Source of the DNA: Auanema rhodensis
Taxonomy: Eukaryota > Animalia > Nematoda
Reading direction: 5' to 3'
Assembly (NCBI GenBank): GCA_964057225.1
Contig: OZ059894.1
Location: 18,042,001-18,106,000 of the forward strand
Length of the DNA: 64,000 bases
In this document: in pieces, positions 1-12,880 of the stretch
Numbering within the stretch: position 1 is the first letter of the stretch
Layout of the letters: each line of letters opens with the position of its first letter
The notes under the pieces: model-generated
The model's input: the letters and a program-made list of their open reading frames with translations, nothing else
Told to the model about the DNA's origin: nothing
Databases searched by the model: none
Position numbers and translations under genes: made by a program

Positions 1-694
1 GTGCACATCACGTGTACATTTAATTAGCATAAATTAAAATTCATGTAAATTTCAAAGTCATGGTTACCATGCACCTATATCAATAGAAATTTGTTTTCAG
101 ACTAATATTAACATGGGGAATCTAATTTTGAAAACGGCATCTCTTTATCTTTTACGGGAAACGAGTTACATACCATGTGCACATCACGTGTACATTTAAT
201 TAGCATAAATTAAAATTCACGTAAATTTCAAAGTCATGGATACCATGCACCTATATCAATAGAAATTTGTTTTTAGACTAATATTAACATGGGGAATCTA
301 ATTTTGAAAACCGCATCTCTTTATCTTTTACGGGAAGCGAGTTACATACCATGTGCACATCACGTGTACATTTAATTAGCATAAATTAAGGTTCACGTAA
401 ATTTCAAAGTCATGGTTACCATGCACCTATATGAATAAAAATTCGTTTTTAGTCTAATATGGCCATGGGGAATCTAATTTTGAAAACGGCATCTCTTCAT
501 CTTTGAGTTACATACCATGTGTACATCACGTGTACATTTAATTAGCATAAATTAAAGTTCACGTAAATTTAAAAATCATGGTTACCATGCGCCTATATCA
601 ATGAAAATTGGTTTTTAGACTAATATGGCCATGGGGAGTGTAATTTTGAAAACCACATCTCTTTATCTTTTACGGGCAGCGAGTTACATATCAT

Positions 695-2806
695 GTGCAC
701 ATCACGTGTACATTTAATTAGCATAAAATAAAGTTCACGTAAATTTCAAAGTCATGGTTACCATGCACCAGTATCAATAAAAGTTCGTTTTTAGACTAAT
801 ATGGCCATGGGGAGTGTAATTTTGAAAACCACATCTCTTTATCTTTTACGGGAAGCGAGTTACATATCATGTGCACATCACGTGTACATTTAATTAGCAT
901 AAATTAAAGTTCACGTAAATTTCAAAGTCATGGTTACCATGCACCAGTATCAATAGAAATTTGTTTTTGGACTAATATGGCCATGGGGAATGTAATTTTG
1001 AAAACCGCATCTCTTTATCTTTTACGGGAAGCGAGTTACATACCATGTGTACATCACGTGTACATTTAATTAGCATAAATTAAAGTTCACGTAAATTTCA
1101 AAGTCATGGTTACCATGCACCTATATCAATAAAAGTTCGTTTTTAGACTAATATGGCCATGGGGAGTGTAATTTTGAAAACCACATCTCTTTATCTTTTA
1201 CGGGAAGCGAGTTACATATCATGTGCACATCACGTGTACATTTAATTAGCATAAATTAAAGTTCACGTAAATTTCAAAGTCATGGTTACCATGCACCAGT
1301 ATCAATAGAAATTTGTTTTTGGACTAATATGGCCATGGGGAATGTAATTTTGAAAACCGCATCTCTTTATCTTTTACGGGAAGCGAGTTACATACCATGT
1401 GTACATCACGTGTACATTTAATTAGCATAAATTAAAGTTCACGTAAATTTCAAAGTCATGGTTACCATGCACCTATATCAATAAAAGTTCGTTTTTAGAC
1501 TAATATGGCCATGGGGAGTGTAATTTTGAAAACCACATCTCTTTATCTTTTACGGGAAGCGAGTTACATATCATGTGCACATCACGTGTACATTTAATTA
1601 GCATAAATTAAAGTTCACGTAAATTTCAAAGTCATGGTTACCATGCACCAGTATCAATAGAAATTTGTTTTTGGACTAATATGGCCATGGGGAATCTAAT
1701 TTTGAAAACCGCATCTCTTTATCTTTTACGGGAAGCGAGTTACATACCATGTGTACATCACGTGTACATTTAATTAGCATAAATTAAAGTTCACGTAAAT
1801 TTCAAAGTCATGGTTACCATGCGCCTATATCAATAAAAATTGGTTTTTAGATTAATATGGCCATGGGGAGTGTAATTTTGAAAACCACATCTCTTTATCT
1901 TTTACGGGAAGCGAGTTACATATCATGTGCACATCACGTGTACATTTAATTAGCATAAATTAAAGTTCACGTAAATTTCAAAGTCATGGTTACCATGCAC
2001 CAGTATCAATAGAAATTTGTTTTTGGACTAATATGGCCATGGGGAATGTAATTTTGAAAACCGCATCTCTTTATCTTTTACGGGAAGCGAGTTACATACC
2101 ATGTGTACATCACGTGTACATTTAATTAGCATAAATTAAAGTTCACGTAAATTTCAAAGTCATGGTTACCATGCACCTATATCAATAAAAGTTCGTTTTT
2201 AGACTAATATGGCCATGGGGAGTGTAATTTTGAAAACCACATCTCTTTATCTTTTACGGGAAGCGAGTTACATATCATGTGCACATCACGTGTACATTTA
2301 ATTAGCATAAATTAAAGTTCACGTAAATTTCAAAGTCATGGTTACCATGCACCAGTATCAATAGAAATTTGTTTTTGGACTAATATGGCCATGGGGAATC
2401 TAATTTTGAAAACCGCATCTCTTTATCTTTTACGGGAAGCGAGTTACATACCATGTGTACATCACGTGTACATTTAATTAGCATAAATTAAAGTTCACGT
2501 AAATTTCAAAGTCATGGTTACCATGCGCCTATATCAATAAAAATTGGTTTTTAGATTAATATGGCCATGGGGAGTGTAATTTTGAAAACCACATCTCTTT
2601 ATCTTTTACGGGAAGCGAGTTACATATCATGTGCACATCACGTGTACATTTAATTAGCATAAATTAAAGTTCACGTAAATTTCAAAGTCATGGTTACCAT
2701 GCACCAGTATCAATAGAAATTTGTTTTTGGACTAATATGGCCATGGGGAATCTAATTTTGAAAACGGCATCTCTTTATCTTTTACGGGAAACGAGTTACA
2801 TACCAT
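695..2806 (+). repeat. Dimeric (352 bp) higher-order repeat, becoming a 704-bp tetramer
   Basis: Monomers with GGAGTGTAATT...ACCACAT...CATATCATG alternate with monomers carrying CACCAGTATCAATAGAAA...TTTGGACT. AAGTTCG occurs at 781, 1133, 1485 and 2189. The TGGTTTTTAGATTAAT variant occurs at ~1841 and ~2545 (704 bp apart). Confidence 0.85.
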
Positions 2807-5449
2807 GTGCACATCACGTGTACATTTAATTAGCATAAAGTAAAGTTCACGTAAATTTCAAAGTCATGGTTACCATGCACCTATATCAATAGAAATTTGT
2901 TTGTAGACTAATATTAACATGGGGAATCTAATTTTGAAAACCGCATCTCTTTATCTTTTACGGGAAGCGAGTTACATACCATGTGCACATCACGTGTACA
3001 TTTAATTAGCATAAATTAAAGTTCACGTAAATTTCAAAGTCATGGTTACCATGCGCCTATATCAATGAAAATTGGTTTTTAGACTAATATGGCCATGGGG
3101 AGTGTAATTTTGAAAACCACATCTCTTTATCTTTTACGGGAAGCGAGTTACATATCATGTGCACATCACGTGTACATTTAATTAGCATAAATTAAAGTTC
3201 ACGTAAATTTCAAAGTCATGGTTACCATGCACCTATATCAATAGAAATTTGTTTTTGGACTAATATGGCCATGGGGAATCTAATTTTGAAAACCGCATCT
3301 CTTTATCTTTTACGGGAAGCGAGTTACATATCATGTGCACATCACGTGTACATTTAATTAGCATAAATTAAAGTTCACGTAAATTTCAAAGTCATGGTTA
3401 CCATGCACCTATATCAATAGAAATTTGTTTTTGGTCTAATATGGCCATGGGGAATCTAATTTTGAAAACCGCATCTCTTTATCTTTTACGGGAAGCGAGT
3501 TACATACCATGTGTACATCACGTGTACATTTAATTAGCATAAATTAAAGTTCACGTAAATTTCAAAGTCATGGTTACCATGCACCTATATCAATGAAAAT
3601 TTGTTTTTGGACTAATATGGCCATGGGGAATCTAATTTTGAAAACCGCATCTCTTTATCTTTTACGGGAAGCGAGTTACATACCATGTGTACATCACGTG
3701 TACATTTAATTAGCATAAATTAAAGTTCACGTAAATTTCAAAGTCATGGTTACCATGCACCTATATCAATAGAAATTTGTTTTTAGACTAATATTAACAT
3801 GGGGAATCTAATTTTGAAAACCGCATCTCTTTATCTTTTACGGGAAACGAGTTACATATCATGTGCCCATCACGTGTACATTTAATTAGCATAAATTAAA
3901 GTTCACGTAAATTTCAAAGTCATGGTTACCATGCACCTATATCAATAGAAATTTGTTTTTGGACTAATATGGCCATGGGGAATCTAATTTTGAAAACCGC
4001 ATCTCTTTATCTTTTACGGGAAGCGAGTTACATACCATGTGCACATCACGTGTACATTTAATTAGCATAAATTAAAGTTCACGTAAATTTCAAAGTCATG
4101 GTTACCATGCGCCTATATCAATAAAAATTTGTTTTTAGTCTAATATGGCCATGGGGAATCTAATTATGAAAACCGCATCTCTTTATCGTTCACGGAAAGA
4201 GAGTTACATATCATGTGCACATCACGTGTACATTTAATTAGCATAAATTAAAGTTCACGTTTATTTCAAAGTCATGGTTACCATGCACCTATATCAATAG
4301 AAATTTGTTTTTGGACTAATATGGCCATGGGGAATCTAATTTTGAAAACCGCATCTCTTTATCTTTTACGGGAAGCGAGTTACATACCATGTGCACATCA
4401 CGTGTACATTTAATTAGCATAAATTAAAGTTCACGTAAATTTCAAAGTCATGGTTACCATGCACCTATATCAATAGAAATTTGTTTTTAGACTAATATTA
4501 ACATGGGGAATCTAATTTTGAAAACCGCATCTCTTTATCTTTTACGGGAAACGAGTTACATATCATGTGCCCATCACGTGTACATTTAATTAGCATAAAT
4601 TAAAGTTCACGTAAATTTCAAAGTCATGGTTACCATGCACCTATATCGATAGAAATTTGTTTTTGGACTAATATGGCCATGGGGAATCTAATTTTGAAAA
4701 CCGCATCTCTTTATCTTTTACGGGAAGCGAGTTACATACCATGTGCACATCACGTGTACATTTAATTAGCATAAATTAAAGTTCACGTAAATTTCAAAGT
4801 CATGGTTACCATGCACCAGTATCAATAAAAATTTGTTTTTGGACTAATATGGCCATGGGGAATCTAATTTTGAAAACCGCATCTCTTTATCTTTTACGGG
4901 AAGCGAGTTACATACCATGTGTAAATCACGTGTACATTCAATTAGCATAAATTAAAGTTCACGTAAATTTCAAAGTCATGGTTACCATGCGCCTATATCA
5001 ATAAAAATTTGTTTTTAGTCTAATATGGCCATGGGGAATCTAATTATGAAAACCGCATCTCTTTATCGTTCACGGAAAGAGAGTTACATATCATGTGCAC
5101 ATCACGTGTACATTTAATTAGCATAAATTAAAGTTCACGTAAATTTCAAAGTCATGGTTACCATGCGCCTATATCAATAAAAATTTGTTTTTAGTCTAAT
5201 ATGGCCATGGGGAATCTAATTATGAAAACCGCATCTCTTTATCGTTCACGGAAAGAGAGTTACATATCATGTGCACATCACGTGTACATTTAATTAGCAT
5301 AAATTAAAGTTCACGTTAATTTCAAAGTCATGGTTACCATGCACCTATATCAATAAAAATTCGTTTTTAGACTAATATGGCCATGGGGAGTGTAATTTTG
5401 AAAACCACATCTCTTTATCTTTCACGGGAAGCGAGTTACATATCATGTG

Positions 5450-8400
5450 CACATCACGTGTACATTTAATTAGCATAAATTAAAGTTCACGTAAATTTCA
5501 AAGTCATGGTTACCATGCACCAGTATCAATAGAAATTTGTTTTTGGACTAATATGGCCATGGGGAATCTAATTTTGAAAACCGCATCTCTTTATCTTTTA
5601 CGGGAAGCGAGTTACATACCATGTGTACATCACGTGTACATTTAATTAGCATAAATTATAGTTCACGTAAATTTCAAAGTCATGGTTACCATGCACCTAT
5701 ATCAATAAAAATTTGTTTTCAGTCTAATATGGAAATGGGGAATCTAATTTTAAAAACCGCATCTTTTTATCTTTTACGGGAAACGAGTTACATACCATGT
5801 GTAAATCACGTGTACATTTAATTAGCATAAATTAAAGTTCACGTAAATTTCAAAGTCATGGTTACCATGCACCTATATCAATAAAAATTTGTTTTCAGTC
5901 TAATATGGAAATGGGGAATCTAATTTTGAAAACCCCATCTCTTTATCTTTTACGGGAAACGAGTTACATATCATGTGCCCATCACGTGTACATTTAATTA
6001 GCATAAATTAAAGTTCACGTAAATTTCAAAGTCATGGTTACCATGCACCAGTATCAATAGAAATTTGTTTTTGGACTAATATGGCCATGGGGAATCTAAT
6101 TTTGAAAACCGCATCTCTTTATCTTTTACGGGAAGCGAGTTACATACCATGTGTACATCACGTGTACATTTAATTAGCATAAATTAAAGTTCACGTAAAT
6201 TTCAAAGTCATGGTTACCATGCACCTATATCAATGAAAATTTGTTTTTGGACTAATATGGCCATGGGGAATCTAATTTTGAAAACCGCATCTCTTTATCT
6301 TTTACGGGAAGCGAGTTACATACCATGTGTACATCACGTGTACATTTAATTAGCATAAATTAAAGTTCACGTAAATTTCAAAGTCATGGTTACCATGCGC
6401 CTATATCAATAAAAATTCGTTTTTAGACTAATATGGCCATGGGGAATCTAATTTTGAAAACGGCATCTCTTTATCTTTTACGGGAAGCGAGTTACATACC
6501 ATGTGCACATCACGTGTACATTTAATTAGCATAAATTAAAGTTCACGTAAATTTCAAAGTCATGGTTACCATGCACCTATATCAATGAAAATTTGTTTTT
6601 GGACTAATATGGCCATGGGGAGTGTAATTTTGAAAACCACATCTCTTTATCTTTTACGGGAAGCGAGTTACATACCATGTGTACATCACGTGTACATTTA
6701 ATTAGCATAAATTAAAGTTCACGTAAATTTCAAAGTCATGGTTACCATGCGCCTATATCAATAAAAATTCGTTTTTAGACTAATATGGCCATGGGGAATC
6801 TAATTTTGAAAACGGCATCTCTTTATCTTTTACGGGAAGCGAGTTACATACCATGTGCACATCACGTGTACATTTAATTAGCATAAATTAAAGTTCACGT
6901 AAATTTCAAAGTCATGGTTACCATGCACCTATATCAATGAAAATTTGTTTTTGGACTAATATGGCCATGGGGAGTGTAATTTTGAAAACCACATCTCTTT
7001 ATCTTTTACGGGAAGCGAGTTACATACCATGTGCACATCACGTGTACATTTAATTCGCATAAATTAAAGTTCACGTAAATTTCAAAGTCATGGTTACCAT
7101 GCACCAGTATCAATAAAAATTCGTTTTTAGACTAATATGGCAATGGGGAATCTAATTATGAAAACCGCATCTCTTTATCTTTCACGGAAAGAGAGTTACA
7201 TATCATGTGCACATCACGTGTACATTTAATTAGTATAAATTAAAGTTCACGTAAATTTCAAAGTCATGGTTACCATGCACCAGTATCAATAGAAATTTGT
7301 TTTTGGACTAATATGGCCATGGGGAATCTAATTTTGAAAACCGCATCTCTTTATCTTTTACGGGAAGCGAGTTACATACCATGTGTACATCACGTGTACA
7401 TTCAATTAGCATAAATTATAGTTCACGTAAATTTCAAAGTCATGGTTACCATGCACCTATATCAATAAAAATTTGTTTTCAGTCTAATATGGAAATGGGG
7501 AATCTAATTTTGAAAACCGCATATCTTTATCTTTTACGGGAAACGAGTTACATACCATGAATTAGCATAAATTAAAGTTCACGTAAATTTCAAAGTCATG
7601 GTTACCATGCACCTATATCAATAAAAATTTGTTTTCAGTCTAATATGGAAATGGGGAATCTAATTTTAAAAACCGCATCTCTTTATCTTTTACGGGAAGC
7701 GAGTTACATACCATGTGTACATCACGTGTACATTTAATTAGCATAAATTAAAGTTCACGTAAATTGCAAAGTCATGGTTACCATGCACCTATATCAATAA
7801 AAATTTGTTTTCAGTCTAATATGGAAATGGGGAATCTAATTTTGAAAACCCCATCTTTTTTTCTTTTACGGGAAACGAGTTACATATCATGTGCCCATCA
7901 CGTGTACATTTATTAGCATAAATTAAAGTTCACGTAAATTTCAAAGTCATGGTTACCATGCACCAGTATCAATAGAAATTTGTTTTTGGACTAATATGGC
8001 CATGGGGAATCTAATTTTGAAAACCGCATCTCTTTATCTTTTACGGGAAGCGAGTTACATACCATGTGCACATCACGTGTACATTTAATTAGCATAAATT
8101 AAAGTTCACGTAAATTTCAAAGTCATGGTTACCATGCGCCTATATCAATAAAAATTCGTTTTTAGACTAATATGGCCATGGGGAATCTAATTTTGAAAAC
8201 CGCATCTCTTTATCTTTTACGGGAAGCGAGTTACATACCATGTGCACATCACGTGTACATTTAATTCGCATTAAAGTTCACGTAAATTTCAAAGTCATGG
8301 TTACCATGCACCTATATCAATGAAAATTTGGTTTTGGACTAATATGGCCATGGGGAGTGTAATTTTGAAAACCACATCTCTTTATCTTTCACGGGAAGCG

Positions 8401-8780
8401 AGTTATATACCAAGTGCACATCACGTGTCCATTTAATTAGCATAAATTAAAGTTCACGTAAATTTCAAAGTCATCGTTACCATGCACCTATATCAATAAA
8501 AATTTGTTTTTGGACTAATATGGCCATGGGGAATCTAACTTTGAAAACCGCATCTCTTTATCTTTTACGGGAAGCGAGTTACATACCATGTGTACATCAC
8601 GTGTACATTTAATTAGCATAAATTAAAGTTCACGTAAATTTCAAAGTCATGGTTACCATGCGCCTATATCAATAAAAATTCGTTTTTAGACTAATGTGAC
8701 CATGGGGAATCTAATTTTGAAAACGGCATCTCTTTATCTTTTACGGGAAGCGAGTTACATACCATGTGCACATCACGTGT
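5450..8780 (+). repeat. Block of ~19 monomers duplicated 9303 bp downstream (~14750-18080)
   Basis: Rare markers shared in the same order: GCATATCTTT, 20-bp deletion (7559/16862), AAATTGCAAA, CCATCTTTTTTTC, 1-bp deletion TTTATTAGC, TCTAACTTTG, TGACCATG. ORF track copies at 5621 and 14924 give the same offset. Block edges are approximate. Confidence 0.85.
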
Positions 8781-11299
8781 ACATTTAATTAGCATAAATT
8801 AAAGTTCACGTAAATTTCAAAGTCATGGTTACCATGCACCAGTATCAATAAAAATTTGTTTTTGGACTAATATGGCCATGGGGAATCTAATTTTGAAAAC
8901 CGCATCTCTTTATCTTTTACGGGAAGCGAGTTACATACCATGTGTACATCACGTGTACATTTAATTAGCATAAATTAAAGTTCACGTAAATTTCAAAGTC
9001 ATGGTTACCATGCACCTATATCAATAGAAATTTGTTTTTGGACTAATATGGCCATGGGGAATCTAATTTTGAAAACCGCATCTCTTTATCTTTTACGGGA
9101 AGCGAGTTACATACCATGTGCACATCACGTGTACATTTAATTAGCATAAATTAAAGTTCACGTAAATTTCAAAGTCATGGTTACCATGCACCTATATCAA
9201 TAAAAATTTGTTTTTAGACTAATATTAACATGGGGAATCTAATTTTGAAAACCGCATCTCTTTATCTTTTACGGGAAACGAGTTACATATCATGTGCCCA
9301 TCACGTGTACATTTAATTAGCATAAATTAAAGTTCACGTAAATTTCAAAGTCATGGTTACCATGCACCTATATCGATAGAAATTTGTTTTTGGACTAATA
9401 TGGCCATGGGGAATCTAATTTTGAAAACCGCATCTCTTTATCTTTTACGGGAAGCGAGTTACATACCATGTGCACATCACGTGTACATTTAATTAGCATA
9501 AATTAAAGTTCACGTAAATTTCAAAGTCATGGTTACCATGCACCAGTATCAATAAAAATTTGTTTTTGGACTAATATGGCCATGGGGAATCTAATTTTGA
9601 AAACCGCATCTCTTTATCTTTTACGGGAAGCGAGTTACATACCATGTGTAAATCACGTGTACATTCAATTAGCATAAATTAAAGTTCACGTAAATTTCAA
9701 AGTCATGGTTACCATGCGCCTATATCAATAAAAATTTGTTTTTAGTCTAATATGGCCATGGGGAATCTAATTATGAAAACCGCATCTCTTTATCGTTCAC
9801 GGAAAGAGAGTTACATATCATGTGCACATCACGTGTACATTTAATTAGCATAAATTAAAGTTCACGTTAATTTCAAAGTCATGGTTACCATGCACCTATA
9901 TCAATAAAAATTTGTTTTTAGACTAATATTAACATGGGGAATCTAATTTTGAAAACCGCATCTCTTTATTTTTTACGGGAAGCGAGTTACATACCATGTG
10001 CACATCACGTGTACATTTAATTAGCATAAATTAAAGTTCACGTAAATTTCAAAGTCATGGTTACCATGCACCTATATCAATAAAAATTCGTTTTTAGACT
10101 AATATGGCCATGGGGAGTGTAATTTTGAAAACCACATCTCTTTATCTTTTACGGGAAGCGAGTTACATATCATGTGCACATCACGTGTACATTTAATTAG
10201 CATAAATTAAAGTTCACGTAAATTTCAAAGTCATGGTTACCATGCACCTATATCAATAAAAATTTGTTTTCAGTCTAATATGGAAATGGGGAATCTAATT
10301 TTGAAAACCGCATCTCTTTATCTTTTACGGGAAGCGAGTTACATACCATGTGTACATCACGTGTACATTTAATTAGCATAAATTATAGTTCACGTAAATT
10401 TCAAAGTCATGGTTACCATGCACCTATATCAATAAAAATTTGTTTTCAGTCTAATATGGAAATGGGGAATCTAATTTTAAAAACCGCATCTCTTTATTTT
10501 TTACGGGAAGCGAGTTACATACCATGTGCACATCACGTGTACATTTAATTAGCATAAATTAAAGTTCACGTTAATTTCAAAGTCATGGTTACCATGCACC
10601 TATATCAATAAAAATTTGTTTTTAGACTAATATTAACATGGGGAATCTAATTTTGAAAACCGCATCTCTTTATTTTTTACGGGAAGCGAGTTACATACCA
10701 TGTGCACATCACGTGTACATTTAATTAGCATAAATTAAAGTTCACGTAAATTTCAAAGTCATGGTTACCATGCACCTATATCAATAAAAATTCGTTTTTA
10801 GACTAATATGGCCATGGGGAGTGTAATTTTGAAAACCACATCTCTTTATCTTTTACGGGAAGCGAGTTACATATCATGTGCACATCACGTGTACATTTAA
10901 TTAGCATAAATTAAAGTTCACGTAAATTTCAAAGTCATGGTTACCATGCACCAGTATCAATAGAAATTTGTTTTTGGACTAATATGGCCATGGGGAATCT
11001 AATTTTGAAAACCGCATCTCTTTATCTTTTACGGGAAGCGAGTTACATACCATGTGTACATCACGTGTACATTTAATTAGCATAAATTATAGTTCACGTA
11101 AATTTCAAAGTCATGGTTACCATGCACCTATATCAATAAAAATTTGTTTTCAGTCTAATATGGAAATGGGGAATCTAATTTTAAAAACCGCATCTCTTTA
11201 TCTTTTACGGGAAACGAGTTACATACCATGTGTAAATCACGTGTACATTTAATTAGCATAATTTAAAGTTCACGTAAATTTCAAAGTCATGGTTACCAT

Positions 11300-12880
11300 G
11301 CACCTATATCAATAAAAATTTGTTTTCAGTCTAATATGGAAATGGGTAATCTAATTTTGAAAACCCCATCTCTTTATCTTTTACGGGAAACGAGTTACAT
11401 ATCATGTGCCCATCACGTGTACATTTAATTAGCATAAATTAAAGTTCACGTAAATTTCAAAGTCATGGTTACCATGCACCAGTATCAATAGAAATTTGTT
11501 TTTGGACTAATATGGCCATGGGGAATCTAATTTTGAAAACCGCATCTCTTTATCTTTTACGGGAAGCGAGTTACATACCATGTGTACATCACGTGTACAT
11601 TTAATTAGCATAAATTAAAGTTCACGTAAATTTCAAAGTCATGGTTAACATGCGCCTATATCAATAAAAATTCGTTTTTAGACTAATATGGCCATGGGGA
11701 ATCTAATTTTGAAAACGGCATCTCTTTCTCTTTTACGGGAAGCGAGTTACATACCATGTGCACATCACGTGTACATTTAATTAGCATAAATTAAAGTTCA
11801 CGTAAATTTCAAAGTCATGGTTACCATGCACCTATATCAATAAAAATTCGTTTTTAGACTAATATGGCCATGGGGAGTGTAATTTTGAAAACCACATCTC
11901 TTTATCTTTTACGGGAAGCGAGTTACATATCATGTGCACATCACGTGTACATTTAATTAGCATAAATTAAAGTTCACGTAAATTTCAAAGTCATGGTTAC
12001 CATGCACCAGTATCAATAGAAATTTGTTTTTGGACTAATATGGCCATGGGGAATCTAATTTTGAAAACCGCATCTCTTTATCTTTTACGGGAAGCGAGTT
12101 ACATACCATGTGTACATCACGTGTACATTTAATTAGCATAAATTATAGTTCACGTAAATTTCAAAGTCATGGTTACCATGCACCTATATCAATAAAAATT
12201 TGTTTTCAGTCTAATATGGAAATGGGGAATCTAATTTTAAAAACCGCATCTCTTTATCTTTTACGGGAAACGAGTTACATACCATGTGTAAATCACGTGT
12301 ACATTTAATTAGCATAAATTAAAGTTCACGTAAATTTCAAAGTCATGGTTACCATGCACCTATATCAATAAAAATTTGTTTTCAGTCTAATATGGAAATG
12401 GGGAATCTAATTTTGAAAACCCCATCTCTTTATCTTTTACGGGAAACGAGTTACATATCATGTGCCCATCACGTGTACATTTAATTAGCATAAATTAAAG
12501 TTCACGTAAATTTCAAAGTCATGGTTACCATGCACCAGTATCAATAGAAATTTGTTTTTGGACTAATATGGCCATGGGGAATCTAATTTTGCAAACCGCA
12601 TCTCTTTATCTTTTACGGGAAGCGAGTTACATACCATGTGTACATCACGTGTACATTTAATTAGCATAAATTAAAGTTCACGTAAATTTCAAAGTCATGG
12701 TTACCATGCACCTATATCAATGAAAATTTGTTTTTGGACTAATATGGCCATGGGGAATCTAATTTTGAAAACCGCATCTCTTTATCTTTTACGGGAAGCG
12801 AGTTACATACCATGTGTACATCACGTGTACATTTAATTAGCATAAATTAAAGTTCACGTAAATTTCAAAGTCATGGTTAC
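11300..12880 (+). repeat. Block duplicated at 2816-bp (16-monomer) offset (~14120-15690)
   Basis: GGGTAATCT at 11344 and 14160, TTTTGCAAACC at ~12587 and ~15403, CTTTCTCTTTT in both copies. ORF copies at 12108 and 14924. Confidence 0.8.

Noticed and set aside
18-153. Phased A-tracts producing intrinsic curvature
   Set aside because: A/T tracts are abundant, but their spacing by eye is not convincingly 10-11 bp. A curvature calculation would be needed before making the claim.
326-342. CENP-B-box-like motif TTTTACGGGAAGCGAGT
   Set aside because: It matches YTTCGTTGGAARCGGGA at 11/17 positions but only 6 of the 9 essential bases, and the TTCG and CGGG cores are broken. It is also removed in the 166-bp variant. 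Not supportable as a functional box.
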